Below, piece after piece: positions 26,339 to 39,030 of a stretch of 64,000 nt of DNA. Numbering within the stretch: the first letter of the stretch is position 1; every line of letters starts with the position of its first letter. Under the pieces are notes generated by a model. It saw only the letters and a program-made list of their open reading frames with translations. It was not told the DNA's origin and searched no databases. Source of the stretch: Rhina ancylostomus (taxonomy: Eukaryota); NCBI GenBank assembly GCA_030265395.1, contig JARFYF010000017.1:39276767-39340766 (forward strand), given 5' to 3'. The position numbers were made by a program, and so were the translations under genes.

Positions 26339-27719
26339 CTAAATGATGAATATAAATTTTGCACAGCAGGCCTGTGGGTAGAGAAAAGAAAGATCTTTTA
26401 AGCATATATGCTTCATAATAATATTTTTCTTAAATAGAAGAGAAGAAAATATAGTGAAAAGTCCCAATAATCTTGCAGTGAAATCCCACAATGATTCACC
26501 AGCTAGGATGTGACCCAGTATCATCCGAGTCTACAGACTGGACTACTTCCTGTCAATCACTGATCTCCAATATCAGCCTGGTACTCCTTGAGTCACTGGG
26601 ATATTACAATACCCAAGAGCTGTTTACTGTTCATGTAAGAAGGTGATTCTTACTTGTACCCAGGCTTTGGAATGACTACTTCAAAATTAAATGAATTAAA
26701 ATACTTTGAGGAGGAAAAGCCAAGTGATGTATATTGTCTGTTAAACTTCAGTTTTGGAACCTAGCAAAATAATTATTTTGCATTTACTTCTAATGTACAA
26801 ACTAATATAATCTGATGAACAGCAGTTAAAAGAACAACTTGGCTTTATTTTGAAAAGACATATAATTTAAGGACATAACTAACAGCTCAGGAAATCAAAA
26901 CCAACATGTCTCAAATGATATGTAGATCATGAAAATGAACATAGAAAAGTGGAATCTGAAACATTTGATTTTTAGAAATGGACCATGGGGATAAAAGTCT
27001 CAAAGCCAACAGTCTTACTAAATAAAAATCAGGCCAACAAAAGCATTATTTTTACTCAGTGACTATGTTGCTGATATGATTGACAGGAGGCATCTCAATC
27101 ACCTGTATTGAAATTGTCCAAAGGAAGACACTGATCAGAACATGAGGTTCATTATGGTACATTTTCTTCAAATTCTGCTGCAGAAAGTGCACTCCCATTG
27201 GCTCAACTGGACTGCCGTGTATTTGTTTCTTGTACCCATCCAGCATCCTATGTTGTCCCGAGGCAGGGAGAGAGACATTTTGATGGACACAATGAGGTCA
27301 AATGTATTTGATCAAGAATCGGAACTGGCAACATGGAGCCACTTAGAGTGGGGAAGTCAAGTCTCCAGCTCTTGAAAAACCATAGGAAATGGGGAGCACT
27401 TGAAAGAATTTGCCATCAAAGGCAACCCCATTAAATAATGCTAAATAACAGAAGTATTCCAAGGCATTTATTGGGAATAATATCAATTCAATAATCAATA
27501 GTATTCAAAAATGCAAAATTCCTTAAACATCTCCTCATTCAACAATACTTTAAAACCAACAAAGTGGTCCCCTGCACAGAGTTAACCTTTGAACCTGTGA
27601 CTGGTACATTTGGAATTTGGACTATTAGACTAATTTCCAGAGATAATAGCTACCATTGTTTTTAGCTGATGATGAGACATTAAAATGTCCGAACAAAGAC
27701 AACAAAAGTTAAGACAAAC

Positions 27720-27824
27720 CTGGTGTGGCTCGGGGAGCTCTCATCTGATGCTTGACTAACAACCCTAGGTCTTGATGGAAAGATGAAAGAGGTTGCTACA
27801 TAATGGCTGACGTAGGAGCCTTCC
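27720..27824 (-). CDS. FHOD1: Candidate FHOD1 cassette exon (EGSYVSHYVATSFIFPSRPRVVSQASDESSPSHTR), 105 nt, phase 2->2
   Basis: ctgtcctttgactag| acceptor, CAG|gtttgt donor; open, Ser/Pro-rich, frame-preserving. Confidence 0.55.
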
Positions 27825-29619
27825 CTAGTCAAAGGACAGAGCTGTAAGAGAATGATCTGGGCAAAGAGGAGCTGGAAAAAGTTATCATGTTAACATTGCG
27901 TGAAATGTTTGGTAAGTTGCAAGCAGTACATGCCATAAAGATGTTAAATAGCTTAATGAAAGCATGAGAAGCAAAGGCATATGTGTTATGGTAATGTAAA
28001 AATCAGCATTTCATGCACTGAAAAGCTTTATGCAAGTTATTCTGATAACTGAAAGGAGGCACAGAAGCTTTGTAGAAGAATTGCTATTTTATGTCAGCAA
28101 TAGTAAACTTATTTTAAGATATAGGAAAATAAATTTCTATTGCATTGTTAGTGTGGTGATAGATTAGGGGATTCCAGTGATGAAATGAAAGGGTGGGATT
28201 CTGTGGGTGAGTACCCCCAGCAACAAATGGCACTCCCAGGAACCACAGCCATCAGAAAATAATAGACAAAAATTCAGGAATCTCTCATCTATTCCAAAGC
28301 ATGGATAAAAGCCCAGCCCACAATTTCCCAACCAATGCTGTCTGTGAGCAACCTCTCTCTATCCTACAGTCCGGAAAAGGAAAAGCCACCAACCTCACTA
28401 AAAACAAAGCAGAAAGTATCAGCTCGAAATATTTTAATCTTGTGAATGGCAAAAACGTTTCGAAGATTACTTCCATCATATATCATTATATGAGATCTTG
28501 ATTATCATCCCATTTACTCAAGTAATCAATGTGGGAAAAGGTCCTGAAGTTAATTCATTTAAATGGACCAGACCTCCTATTATACAGCTACACTTCTTAT
28601 AATCCAGTTGAAATATTTCAATATTTTTTTTCTGGTACTTCACAGATACTGCTCTCTCACATTTTAAGCTTTTTTAATATTAAACTACATCCACAGAATT
28701 TCTTCATGGACCATAATTAAGAACTTCTGAAAAGAAATATACAGCAGACACTGGCCACATTATTGAACTGAACACATAACATTATGGAATGGGGAAGTGT
28801 GTGTGCATGTGTTGCACTCTCACTTTCTCAGAGACCTTAAGCCTGTGAGATTCAAGTTGCTTATCCTGTTCATAAACTTAGTCTGAATTTGAACCTTAAT
28901 TCCCAATTACCTTTTGGACTCTAAACGACAGAATCTTTAACATGGAAAGAGGTTGAAATATTTTGGCAATGGATTTGGGTCAGAACATCAGAAGTGCATT
29001 AGTTGCCTGTTATTTTCATTTCCTTCCCTGAAAGTTCAGCAATGGAACAACCAGCAGACTGACAGTTGACAACATCAGCGGCTATGATTGTTGTTATACC
29101 AATCAATGGAAAGGCTGGATAGATTTATCAGCTCTTACCACATAGTAGGATCTGGGAGAAGATGATTGGACTATGGAGAGAATAAAATGGGATTACTGTA
29201 GGATTAGGCCTGAGAGTCGATATGCACTTGTTGTGTCAAAGGGCCTGTTTCCATGCTGTACAACTCTAAAGATGAATAGGAACTTGTACATTCAGACAGC
29301 AATTTGAAATGCAGGCCAAAGTTTTGGCGAAGACTCCCTGAACCCTGTACTTTCTAACTCAGGGGTAGAACACCTACCATAGACGCATGGTATTGCAGTA
29401 ACATTAAGCTCATCCGCTAAGTGCTCCAATGGTAAAGACACTACATGATGGTCCAGAAAGAAGTTACTAAGTATGATTTTTGGTTTGTGCTGAAAGAAAA
29501 CTGTTCGCAGCTAGGGAAACATAAGAGGGAATGAAGAACTGTGCCCCAAGCTCAGCAAATGGATACACCTGAAATTAATAAAACAGGATGAGCTCTCACC
29601 ACACTAATCCCCACCTGCT

Positions 29620-30090
29620 TGGGCTGTGGCTCAAGTTGTAGTATTCTAGCTTGAGCTGGAGAGCAGTTTTGATTCCACTCTCGAAACTTGAGCTCAAAAC
29701 TTAAGCCAGGATTGTGCAGAGAACATTCCAAAGCTGATCATCTTTCTGGTGAGAATTAAACTGATACCGATACCAGAGACTTGTCACCCCCACCCCCTCA
29801 GGTGGACTTAATCCCCTTGAATCGTCTTTTTTATTTCAACTACATTGGGGTTCAACTTCATTTAGGCGGTTCTTCTATCCTCTGGTCATGATTTACATTA
29901 AAACCTACATCACTAAGATGGATTTTCTGGTTCTTAACACATTGTTCTTTGTGCTTCGTTGCAGTCCACAAGTTGGCCACTGTGTTCCCTACATCTGACC
30001 ATAACCGCAGTTGAAAAGTACTTCATTCTCTGTAACAAAAATATTAAGCCACCCAGAGGATGAGCAAAGAGTTATACAAATGCAAGTCAT
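29620..30090 (+). mobile_element. Ancient Deu-domain SINE (SacSINE/AmnSINE-like), decayed
   Basis: gggctgtggctcaagttgtag...aacttgagctcaaaac...ctcaggtggac...tacaaatgcaagtc. Confidence 0.55.
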
Positions 30091-30674
30091 TATTTTACAC
30101 TCTTAAAATGCAACACAATGTATCTCATCTCTGGATGGAGTTAATAAAGAGAATGTCAACCCCAAATGTCAATTTTAAGTGACATTGGTATTTGTGCCAT
30201 TCAATCTGATTGAAGGCCTACATTTTAACAGGTGGAGTGGGAAAGAAATGTTCATCCCTCTGCCTTTAGCTATCACCATATCTGTGTTGGAATTTGAGCC
30301 AATTACATTTTGCACGTGGAAGTATTGGACTGTTGTGGGGGAGGAGGGGGAGGATTCACCTGTGAGCACAAATGTTATAATTCCTTGGCCATTATCCATA
30401 ATCCTGGGCTATAGGGAATGAATAATTTACTGACTGCGAACCAACTGGAATCCTATGGATATTACAGATGGAAACTACTGAAAAATACAACTACTCACCA
30501 CATTGGAAAATAAAATGTATTTGATACTTACCAGTGAACCTAATTTAAACACACACCATGAACATACCATGGCCCACGAAGAACAGGAGCAATAGAAGGT
30601 CATTCAGCCCCTTTCATCTGCTCTGCCATTCAATAATGCCTTGGCTGATCCAGAACCTGACAAGAAGTCCAGGT

Positions 30675-31295
30675 ACGACCACTGTCGTTGCCAGAATCTC
30701 AGATGGCGATGAAGAGGCATACAAGAGTGAGATAGATCAGCCGATTGAGTGGTATCGCAACAACCGCCTTGCACTTAACATCAGCAAGACCAAGGAATTG
30801 ATTGTGGACTTCAGGAAGGGGAAGTCAGGAGAACACACACCAGTCCTCATTGANNNNNNNNNNNNNNNNNNNNNNNNNNNNNNNNNNNNNNNNNNNNNNN
30901 NNNNNNNNNNNNNNNNNNNNNNNNNNNNNNNNNNNNNNNNNNNNNNNNNNNNNNNNNNNNNNNNNNNNNNNNNNNNNNNNNNNNNNNNNNNNNNNNNNNN
31001 NNNNNNNNNNNNNNNNNNNNNNNNNNNNNNNNNNNNNNNNNNNNNNNNNNNNNNNNNNNNNNNNNNNNNNNNNNNNNNNNNNNNNNNNNNNNNNNNNNNN
31101 NNNNNNNNNNNNNNNNNNNNNNNNGGGCACAACCCTCCCTGCCTTTGAGGACGTCTTCCAGAGGTGGTGCCTCAAGAAGGCGGTGCCTCAAGAAGGCGGC
31201 ATCCATCATTAAGGACCCTCACCATTCAGGACATGACCTCTTCTCATTACTACCATCAGGGAGGGAGGGGGGGGACAGGAACCCGAAGACCCACG
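30675..31295 (+). mobile_element. Rex1/Babar LINE reverse-transcriptase fragment (partly N)
   Basis: TTVVARISDGDEEAYKSEI...LNISKTKELIVDFRK and KAASIIKDPHHSGH.LFSLLPSGR motifs. Confidence 0.85.
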
Positions 31296-31895
31296 GCTCC
31301 ACTTTCCTTAAGTTTACTAGTTCACATTATTCTGAAATTCCTCCTTCAGTAAAGCAGAGTTTTCATTTCAATGAAAAATTAAAGGTGCAAGGAAAACAAA
31401 TCTTTAAACTCACCTAGATTTATGCAAGAATTCTGCCCTCTCTGGTGCAGAAGTTCTCTGCACTGTCCCAGCTTATATCTAGCCATCTACTAATATCACT
31501 ATATCTGTTTATCTGGCTTCTACAACATTGTTGTGTGTGGGACTGATCTGTGCACAAATAAGTTTCCTATATTCCTAAAGCTACGGAGGCCCCAAATAAA
31601 TTGCAAGATTTTCTTTTGCTTTAGCAAAGCTTGGAAGAGTCTATTCTATGTAAATGTGCTGTGTTACCTAGTGAAAATATTTTTTTCCGATACAATGCTG
31701 AACACTACATTAAATCAACATAAAGGATGAACATTTCTGTCAGTTAAGAATGCTAATAATTGCCTTTACAACACAAGCTGATCAGAGCCCTTTATGATTT
31801 CCAAATACATTTCGTAGATGGGTTCAGAAAAATGGTGCATATGGCATCTTGTTTTCACATTCCAATATGTTCAATGATTTTCCCATAATCATCAG

Positions 31896-31952
31896 AGTGT
31901 AATAGCTAAAATGAGTGTAATATTTGAGTGTAATAGAGTGTAAGAGTGTACT
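31896..31952 (+). repeat. Short imperfect tandem repeat of GAGTGTAA(TA)
   Basis: Five copies of gagtgta in ~57 bp. Confidence 0.6.
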
Positions 31953-32252
31953 AGTTACAAACTCAACTAAGAAATCTCAGCATTTGCACATTTAACCATA
32001 TGAGAAATGGAACCCCATCAGCTAAAACCCAAGAGTAATTTTATACGTGTATAACCAGCCAGCGAATGAATCCTAGAACGTTTGGCCCTATCCTCAATTC
32101 ATTCATAAGACAATTGATTAGTCCTGATTCATTTTTAAAAACTGGTTTTCATCAAGTTTCAGAAATCTTAGATTAAGCCTATTTTTGTAAATCCTTGAAT
32201 GCTTAATTTCTAGTTCTCTCTGAATATTAAATACCACAATTATTATTTAGCA

Positions 32253-34225
32253 CTAGCTGCTGCACCCAGCATTGCTCAGGTTATTTTGCTGGCAATCGTG
32301 ATATTTGCATTTATTTCTATTTCTTGTAAATGAAGTAAAATTTAGCTTAAATATATAATTATTTCATGAATAGTATAATCAGGAGGCTAGAATTATGTGG
32401 TTGAACTAAAGTTACGAATAAAAGCGTAACACTGAAAATAAATATGAATACAAAAGTCATATTTAAAATGGTTCTCTTTAAGTAGGTATGAACTTTTGCA
32501 CAATGTGTAAATTAACTTGATTTCAATGTTGAAGTGCATCAGAACACATTATATTTCTTTCTTTTGAATGTATAGATTACGCTCATCTCCAACTTTGGAG
32601 CAACCTACATACAGCTGACCATAGGAAAAGCATTGAGTTTTGAAATTAAGGCCAACAACTTTCAGTGATTGCCCTTGTGCCTTGTTAACGCTCACGGTAA
32701 AACGAAGTTGAACAGGGAACTGAAGTCGAATTGAAAAGACAGATCAGATGGGATAGTTGGTATCTAAGAGAAGAAGACATTTTTCACCAATAGCACTACA
32801 AGTCATTATTGTAGCTTCAATTATGTGTGGTATTAATTTTTGAATAGATAATCTCGTGCCATTGCACGGTATTGGTGGATTCAAATTCCTGAGTAACATG
32901 ATTGGAGCTCCTCCTCTTAGTTCAAGATTATGTGATGGCACACCAGGAGGTGACAGAGAGTTTAAAATTCAACAGAAAAATGCACAACCTCATTAATGTT
33001 TGTCACACTGTCAATAGATTTATATTGTACAGGTTGTTTGAAGGTCCTTATTCATAGCCTGCACTGCACCATTTGGTGTTAAGTTTGCTCTTTTACACAA
33101 CCATTGCTAATTCAAATTGTGTTAGGTGATATTTTGGAAATCAGCTTGCTTCAGATCATGAAGTGATGTAACAACTCACCCAAGTTTTTCACTGAGATCA
33201 TTCCTGTTGAATCTTCATATTTAATTTCCCCACTTCCTAATTTAAGTAAATTCAAAGCAAATTCTCTTGCAGATCACCTGTCAAAATGTGCTTGCATATT
33301 GGTTTTCAAGTTTAATTGAAAAACATTATCCCAAATCTATGTTGATTTAATACAGGCTTTCAGTTCATTAGTACCTCATGGAGTTACTGGAGGCATTAGA
33401 CAAAAATCTCCAGCTGGCACTAACTTAATTTCTAATTGTGTCTAAAATCTTGCAAAGTTTGATCTAGTGCTTCAGTGGCTGCTTTGTGAGCTATTGTACA
33501 TTCATCCCAGACAATAAGTTTACAATCATTTAGAATTATTTCCTTTGCAATTCCACGAACAAAGTTACATGTTGGAGTCTCCATGTGTCAAACCGAAAGG
33601 AAGTTTAAAAGCCAAATGTGCAACTTCCCCCATCAAAAGTGTTGAAGCAATGCCTGAGCAATCATGTTTTGTCTTCAAACTTCAACTAAAAGTAGATTAA
33701 TAAGGAAATGTTTTCCCATTCCACTCGAAGCATCCAAAAAAAATGATTCCTTGGTCATTGTAAACAGCCTCTGTGATAGGATCTAAGGCATTTCTTTGGT
33801 ATCTCACTAAACTTTTAGCTTTTGATCTAAAATCATCTAACTGGTTTAAATCACACTGATCAAACTTTTTTATATAATCATCTAACTGGTTTAAATCGGA
33901 GTTAGTCTCCTGCAGAAACTTGGTGCACAAATTTTCACTTTCTCTTTGTGGCTCAGGTAGACCAAAAATATTTAGGGTCAGGTCCGGCGAAATATCTAGT
34001 ACCTCAAACATAGATCTGAAAAAAAATCTCATGAATTTACAATGGGGAAGATTAAAATTAAGTTCCCTTTAGGCTATGAAAGGCCTTCTATGAGGGTTTT
34101 CAGAAAAACAGAGTGTAAGGTCCAACCTTATGCTAAACTCAATTTGCATGGAAAATGTCAGATTTCTAGGTTGTTTCATTATTGAGCTTTGCACAGTTCA
34201 CACAGACATCCTATTTTACTATATA
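32253..34225 (-). mobile_element. Helitron (rolling-circle transposon), internally deleted, with pseudogenised PIF1-family helicase
   Basis: Minus-strand remnants GIIFF..GKTF, LIVWDEC, AGDF, GVPSHNLELRGGAPIMLLRNLNPP.CNGTRL, QFPV...VNKAQGQSL, FSYGQLYVGCS; 3' end cctgagcaatgctgggtgcagcagCTAG|t; 5' start TATATAGTAAAATAGGATGTCTGTG. Confidence 0.9.
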
Positions 34226-35649
34226 TCTTCAGACTTAAATTTATAATTTCAAAAGGGGGAAGTTGATTATTCCAATAATGATTTGTTTGGCTGTCAAACT
34301 ATTAAATTTGCAAGCCCATTTGCTCTGTTGGGTGAACATCAAAACCACAAAGGAATTCTTCTGGTATCCTGGCCAATGTTCGCCCCACAGTCAAAACAAA
34401 TGGTCTGGTCCACTCCTGTTTGTGGAAGTTTTCTTGTACCACAAGGCATCCTATGATAATAGACAATATTTATCATCATTATTGACATACAAGTTATTAA
34501 GCTTTGTGTTGCAGCTAACTGAACAACAGGGACAAATAACCTTCATCTCTCAAAAGTCAGAGCTCCGCCTTCCATTACAACCACTTCTACCTCATTCATT
34601 TTTAAATATCTTTTCTCAGTTTTCTATCAGTTTCTACATCACTGTTTTCTGAACCACCAGAATATTTATTTTCATTGATTTCTTTCCTCTTCTGTTCTTT
34701 GTCCCTGTAATGATCAATCACACGCATTCCAAGATGCATGGCACGTTCCCAATCTGGGAACAGGATGAATACATAGGGAGAATAGGGTGCACAAAACATT
34801 GCTTTAAGTGAATCACTCATCACTGGCATTGTGCATTAATGCATCACCTTCCACCAAATTCATTGGCTAGAGCTTGACTTTGTCCATTTGTGTAAAATTG
34901 GTCAAAGCAAGCCAGCAGCTTGTCTTTCACCCTCCTAATTACTATTTCCAGGTTAATTCAGTATCCAGGTTATCGTCAAAGGTTATTCAGGTCAATACAC
35001 ACTGCCAATACACACTGTACAATACACACTGTACAATAGCCAGAAACTACAGATAACGGAGAGTGATGTGGTTCATGTCCCAGCAATGCAAAACCATTTC
35101 TGATGCTCGTGATTCAGCTGTTTGAGCAATGAATATTTACTGCGCTATTCTAAATTGAACACCTTACTCAATCCTGTTACATTTGTAAGTGTGAATTCAG
35201 TTACAGTTCCTCTGATGGCGGTTAACAACCAGAATGGGAAGTGTACAAAACCAAAAGAAACAACTTGATGTCATTTTAACGTCTTTGTCTTTTTTATTTT
35301 TGTCTTTTTTTGTCTTTATGTCTTGCACTGTACTGCTGCCGCAAAACAACAAATTTCACGACATGTGTCAAGTGAAAAAAACCTGATTCTGATACTTTTA
35401 CACTTCGAACTCCGTCATCAGAAAACTTCAGCAGTTATTATTTTGCCTTTATATTGTGGGGATTTGTTTGGAAAAGAACCTCACAATTAAAAGTTCCTGT
35501 TTTACATGATGATATACAGTGTAATTTAGACTCCAAAGTTACAGCATGTTTCCTGCCTCAAGGCACAAGTTAAATTGCTCAAAAGTATTTAAAAGCAGCA
35601 TTTAGTTTGGGAATATAGTCCCACCACTACTTTCTTCCCACGAAAATCT

Positions 35650-36720
35650 TCTCAGCCAGTCCCTCGGGGTTGTGGATGGCTTACTCCACTACAATCCTGT
35701 GGGTTCTGAGATGGCTGAAGAGTCCGATATGGGGGATCCGCAGACTGGCACAGTTGGAGGAGGTAGCCTTTGATTGGGCAGGTTGGCTGTTTATTTAGGA
35801 TATTTTGCACTCCTTCCAAGATTTGCACTGGACCTCTGTTTGCTGGGGACTCAAGATGCCTGGTATCCTCCTGGACATTTCATCTCCATTTTGAGTGATT
35901 GTTGGCCATGGCTTCCCACAAGTCAGTGAGGAGGTCACATTTTCCAAGAAAACCATTAAAGCACCCTTGAAGTGTTTTCTGTCTTCTTGAAGATCTCTTC
36001 CCATGACAGAGCTGAGAGTGACGGGCTTGCTTGGGAAGTTTGATGACAGCACGTGGATGATATGGCCCTTCCACCAGGGCTCCCTTGGTCATTGAACCAA
36101 TTTGTCATTGGCAATCGTGAATTTCATCATCAATGTCTGCCTTCACTGAAAGGTGGCTCCCGAGCTATCAAAAGTAGTGCAAGGTTTCCAGGGTCTCAAC
36201 ATCAATCTTGTTTGTTGGGGGAGTGGGAGGGGGAAAATAGCACTGAGCAGCACAGACAGATGGTAGAGGACTTCTGTTTTCCACATGTTTAGCAGAAGGT
36301 CCATTCTCTCGTAAACTTCAGTGAAACAGTCAACAATCACTTGGAGCTCAGCCTCCAAGCACATACATGCGGGGTATCACATGGGCTTTGTAACTTGATG
36401 AGTGAAGCCAGATTGGAGGAAACAAAGATTGAGGAGTTTCTTGTTTATCCTGTAAATTAAATCCATTGTGGTGGGGAGCTTGTGGAGAGTGGAAGTGCTT
36501 AATTGCAGAAAGGGAGATTGAACAGAAGGTTGACATGTTTAACCCCAGTCCACTCTATAATATCGTCTGTTGTCTGAAAGGTATTGTATTAGTAGATATA
36601 GAATGGTATTGAGTTTCTGAGGACAGCCAGACTTAAGAAGGATTTTCTCTAATCCCTCTGCGTTGACAGAGCCAAAGGCTTCCTTAGGTAGGGAGACGAG
36701 ACCAGTACACAATATTCTGA
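35650..36720 (-). mobile_element. RTE-clade LINE, decayed
   Basis: AFGSVNAEGL..IL.KSGCPQK, EAELQVIVDCFTE...LLLNMWKTEVL and RKHFKGAL remnants. Confidence 0.8.
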
Positions 36721-36859
36721 TTGCAGTAGCTCTGCATAAACTTCGGTTAAATCTCTTTACCCTGGTAATCAAATTCTCCCACAATAAAGGGCAAGCTATC
36801 ATGTATCTTACTAATTACTTGTTGAACTTGCACGTGAACTTTCAGTAAGTTTTTTAAAA

Positions 36860-39030
36860 CACACCAAGGTCTCTCTCTGAACACTAACATTTCTCATTTT
36901 CTCAACATTTATAAAGATGCTCTGCTTTTCATGATCTCTCCCAAAATGGATGGCTTCACATTTTTCCACATTATATTCAATTTAGCACACTCTCGTCCAT
37001 TTACTTAGCCTGCCAGTGCACTCTTGAAGCCTTTCTGCATCTTTCCCACAGCTCATGGAGCTGGGTGACACCGTGGTGCAGCTAGCAGAACTGCTGCTGC
37101 ATAGCTCCTGTGACGCAGGTTCAATCCTGAACTCTGCTGCTGTTTCTGTGGATTTTCCATATTTTCTGTGAATGCATAGGTTTCTTCTGGGTGCTCCGGT
37201 TTCCTCCCACATTTCAAAGATGTGCATGTTGCCGCATTACTTGGCCACTGTAAACTGCTCCTTGTGTGTAGGTGACTGGTAAAATCCAGGAAAGAATAAT
37301 GGGAATATGGGGACAATAACATGGGATTAGTGTAAGTGGGTGCTCAGAGGTTGGCACAGGCTCAGTGGGCCGAAGGGCCTGTTTATGTGCTGTATGACTC
37401 CCTAGTTCTATGACTCATATAGCCACCCAGCTTTGTGTCATTGGCAAAACTTGGATACATTACAAATAAAATCAGAAAGTGCTGGAAATACTCAGCAGGT
37501 CAGGCAGCATCCATGGAGAGTTATGCAGAGTTATAGTTTTAGATGAATGAATTTTCATTGGAACTGGGAAAAGTTGGAAATTAAACAAAGTTCAAGTTGC
37601 AGAGAAGGGGAAGGGGTGGAGAGAGGGCAGAGAGGGTGATGGGGCTCTCTGCAATAGGGCAGAGAGTGATGCCAAGTGCCAGTGGTGTCAGGTGAGAGAC
37701 GTGATGAGGACTTGCAAACCACAACTAATCTGTCTGGAGAAGAGAAATGAGAATAGAGGAGAGAAGAAAAGTAAATGGCTGGGACTGTGAGATACAAAAC
37801 ATTGCAATTGCTGCAAATCTGAAATCAAAGAAAGTGCTGCATATATGCAGTGTCAGGCAGCATCTGTGGACAGAGTTTAAAAACAGAGTTAGACTTACTG
37901 ATTGACCAGTTCTGATCAAGCTAGAAAGGCTAGTTATTTGAAATATTTTACAGGCTCTTTAGCCCTTCAAGTCTCTGCCAACCTTCAAGTATCTATAGCA
38001 ATTCCATTTTCCAGATTCTGCCCTTAGCCTTCTATGCCATAACTTTTTAGGTGCTCATTTGAGTAAATCTTTGTTGATGTTGTCTAACCTGCTGAGTTCC
38101 CAGCATTTTTGGGGTTCTTTTTTCTGGACTTCTAACAACCACAGTTCTTTTTTTGCATTTAGATATATTACACTCAATCCCCTCATCCAAATGATAGCAG
38201 ACTGGCAGGGCCACAGTCCTGATTACTGTGGCACTATACTTGTTACAACCTCTCAGAAAAATGACCTATTTATTTCTACCGTTTTCTATCTATTAATCAA
38301 TCCTTTAACCACACTGGTATATTACGCTCAATCCCATGTGTTCTAACTTTATTAAATAACCTCTCCCATGACATTTTACAAGGCCTTCTGAAAATCCCAA
38401 TGCACCACATGCACTGATTCCCCCTTATCCATTCAGCTCATTGAGACATAAAAACAAAATTAACAGATTTATCAAGTTTGATTTCCATTTGATAAGTCCA
38501 TGTTGATTATGCACAGTCATATTTCTAAGTGCTCTGTATCACTTCCTTAACAATATGTTCTTGTATTTTTCCTGCTACTGACATTCAGCGAACTACAATG
38601 AAGCTCCAGCTATCTAATTGTTCAGATATCCTGATGGTTCCACATCTGACTCACGGAGTCTTGATTCTCTCCAACACACCGGGGTCCTGGCTCCCATGTT
38701 CCTTTAACGCACTGAGGTCACAGTTCCTGGGCTCCCTTGAAAGTTACCAGGTTCATTGGAAAATTTGTTTTACGACCATACTATGTAACAATTTAAAAAA
38801 AATTAGGAATGTTGGAATATTAATTGTAATAATATCCAATAGTCTAGAACATCTGTCAGTTCAGTATTATCAAAGTCCTGAGTAAATTAGTGGAGTTTTA
38901 GTATGGTCTGCATTTTTCTCTTTCCCTCCTTCTTAAATAGTGGGCTTACATTTGCTACCTTCACATTTGTCAGAACTGTTCTAGTATCTTTGGAATTTTG
39001 GAAGATGCCAAACAGTCTGTCCACTATCTG
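36860..39030 (-). mobile_element. Fragmented CR1 LINE interrupted by SINE and Penelope-like inserts (~37460-37910)
   Basis: Reverse complement shows DAERLQEC..RLSKW, KFANDTK(LGG) and GFSEGLVK/DFQKAF-type RT remnants. Confidence 0.65.
37062..37412 (+). mobile_element. HE1/V-SINE-type tRNA SINE inserted in a CR1
   Basis: ggtgacaccgtggtgcagctag...ggttcaatcctga (B box)...gggtgctccggtttcctcccaca...gggccgaagggcctgttt. Confidence 0.85.

Noticed and set aside
27103-27247. ORF 27052..27246 with apparent AG/GT boundaries as an FHOD1 exon
   Set aside because: 145 nt, phase 2->0, incompatible with the downstream phase-2 exons; other frames have stops; no FHOD similarity
30532-30539. 8-nt micro-exon-like ag|GTTCACTG|gtaagt
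   Set aside because: Frameshifting and weak polypyrimidine tract; likely chance
31166-31200. 16-bp tandem duplication ggtgcctcaagaaggc
   Set aside because: Local slippage within a dead Rex1 LINE
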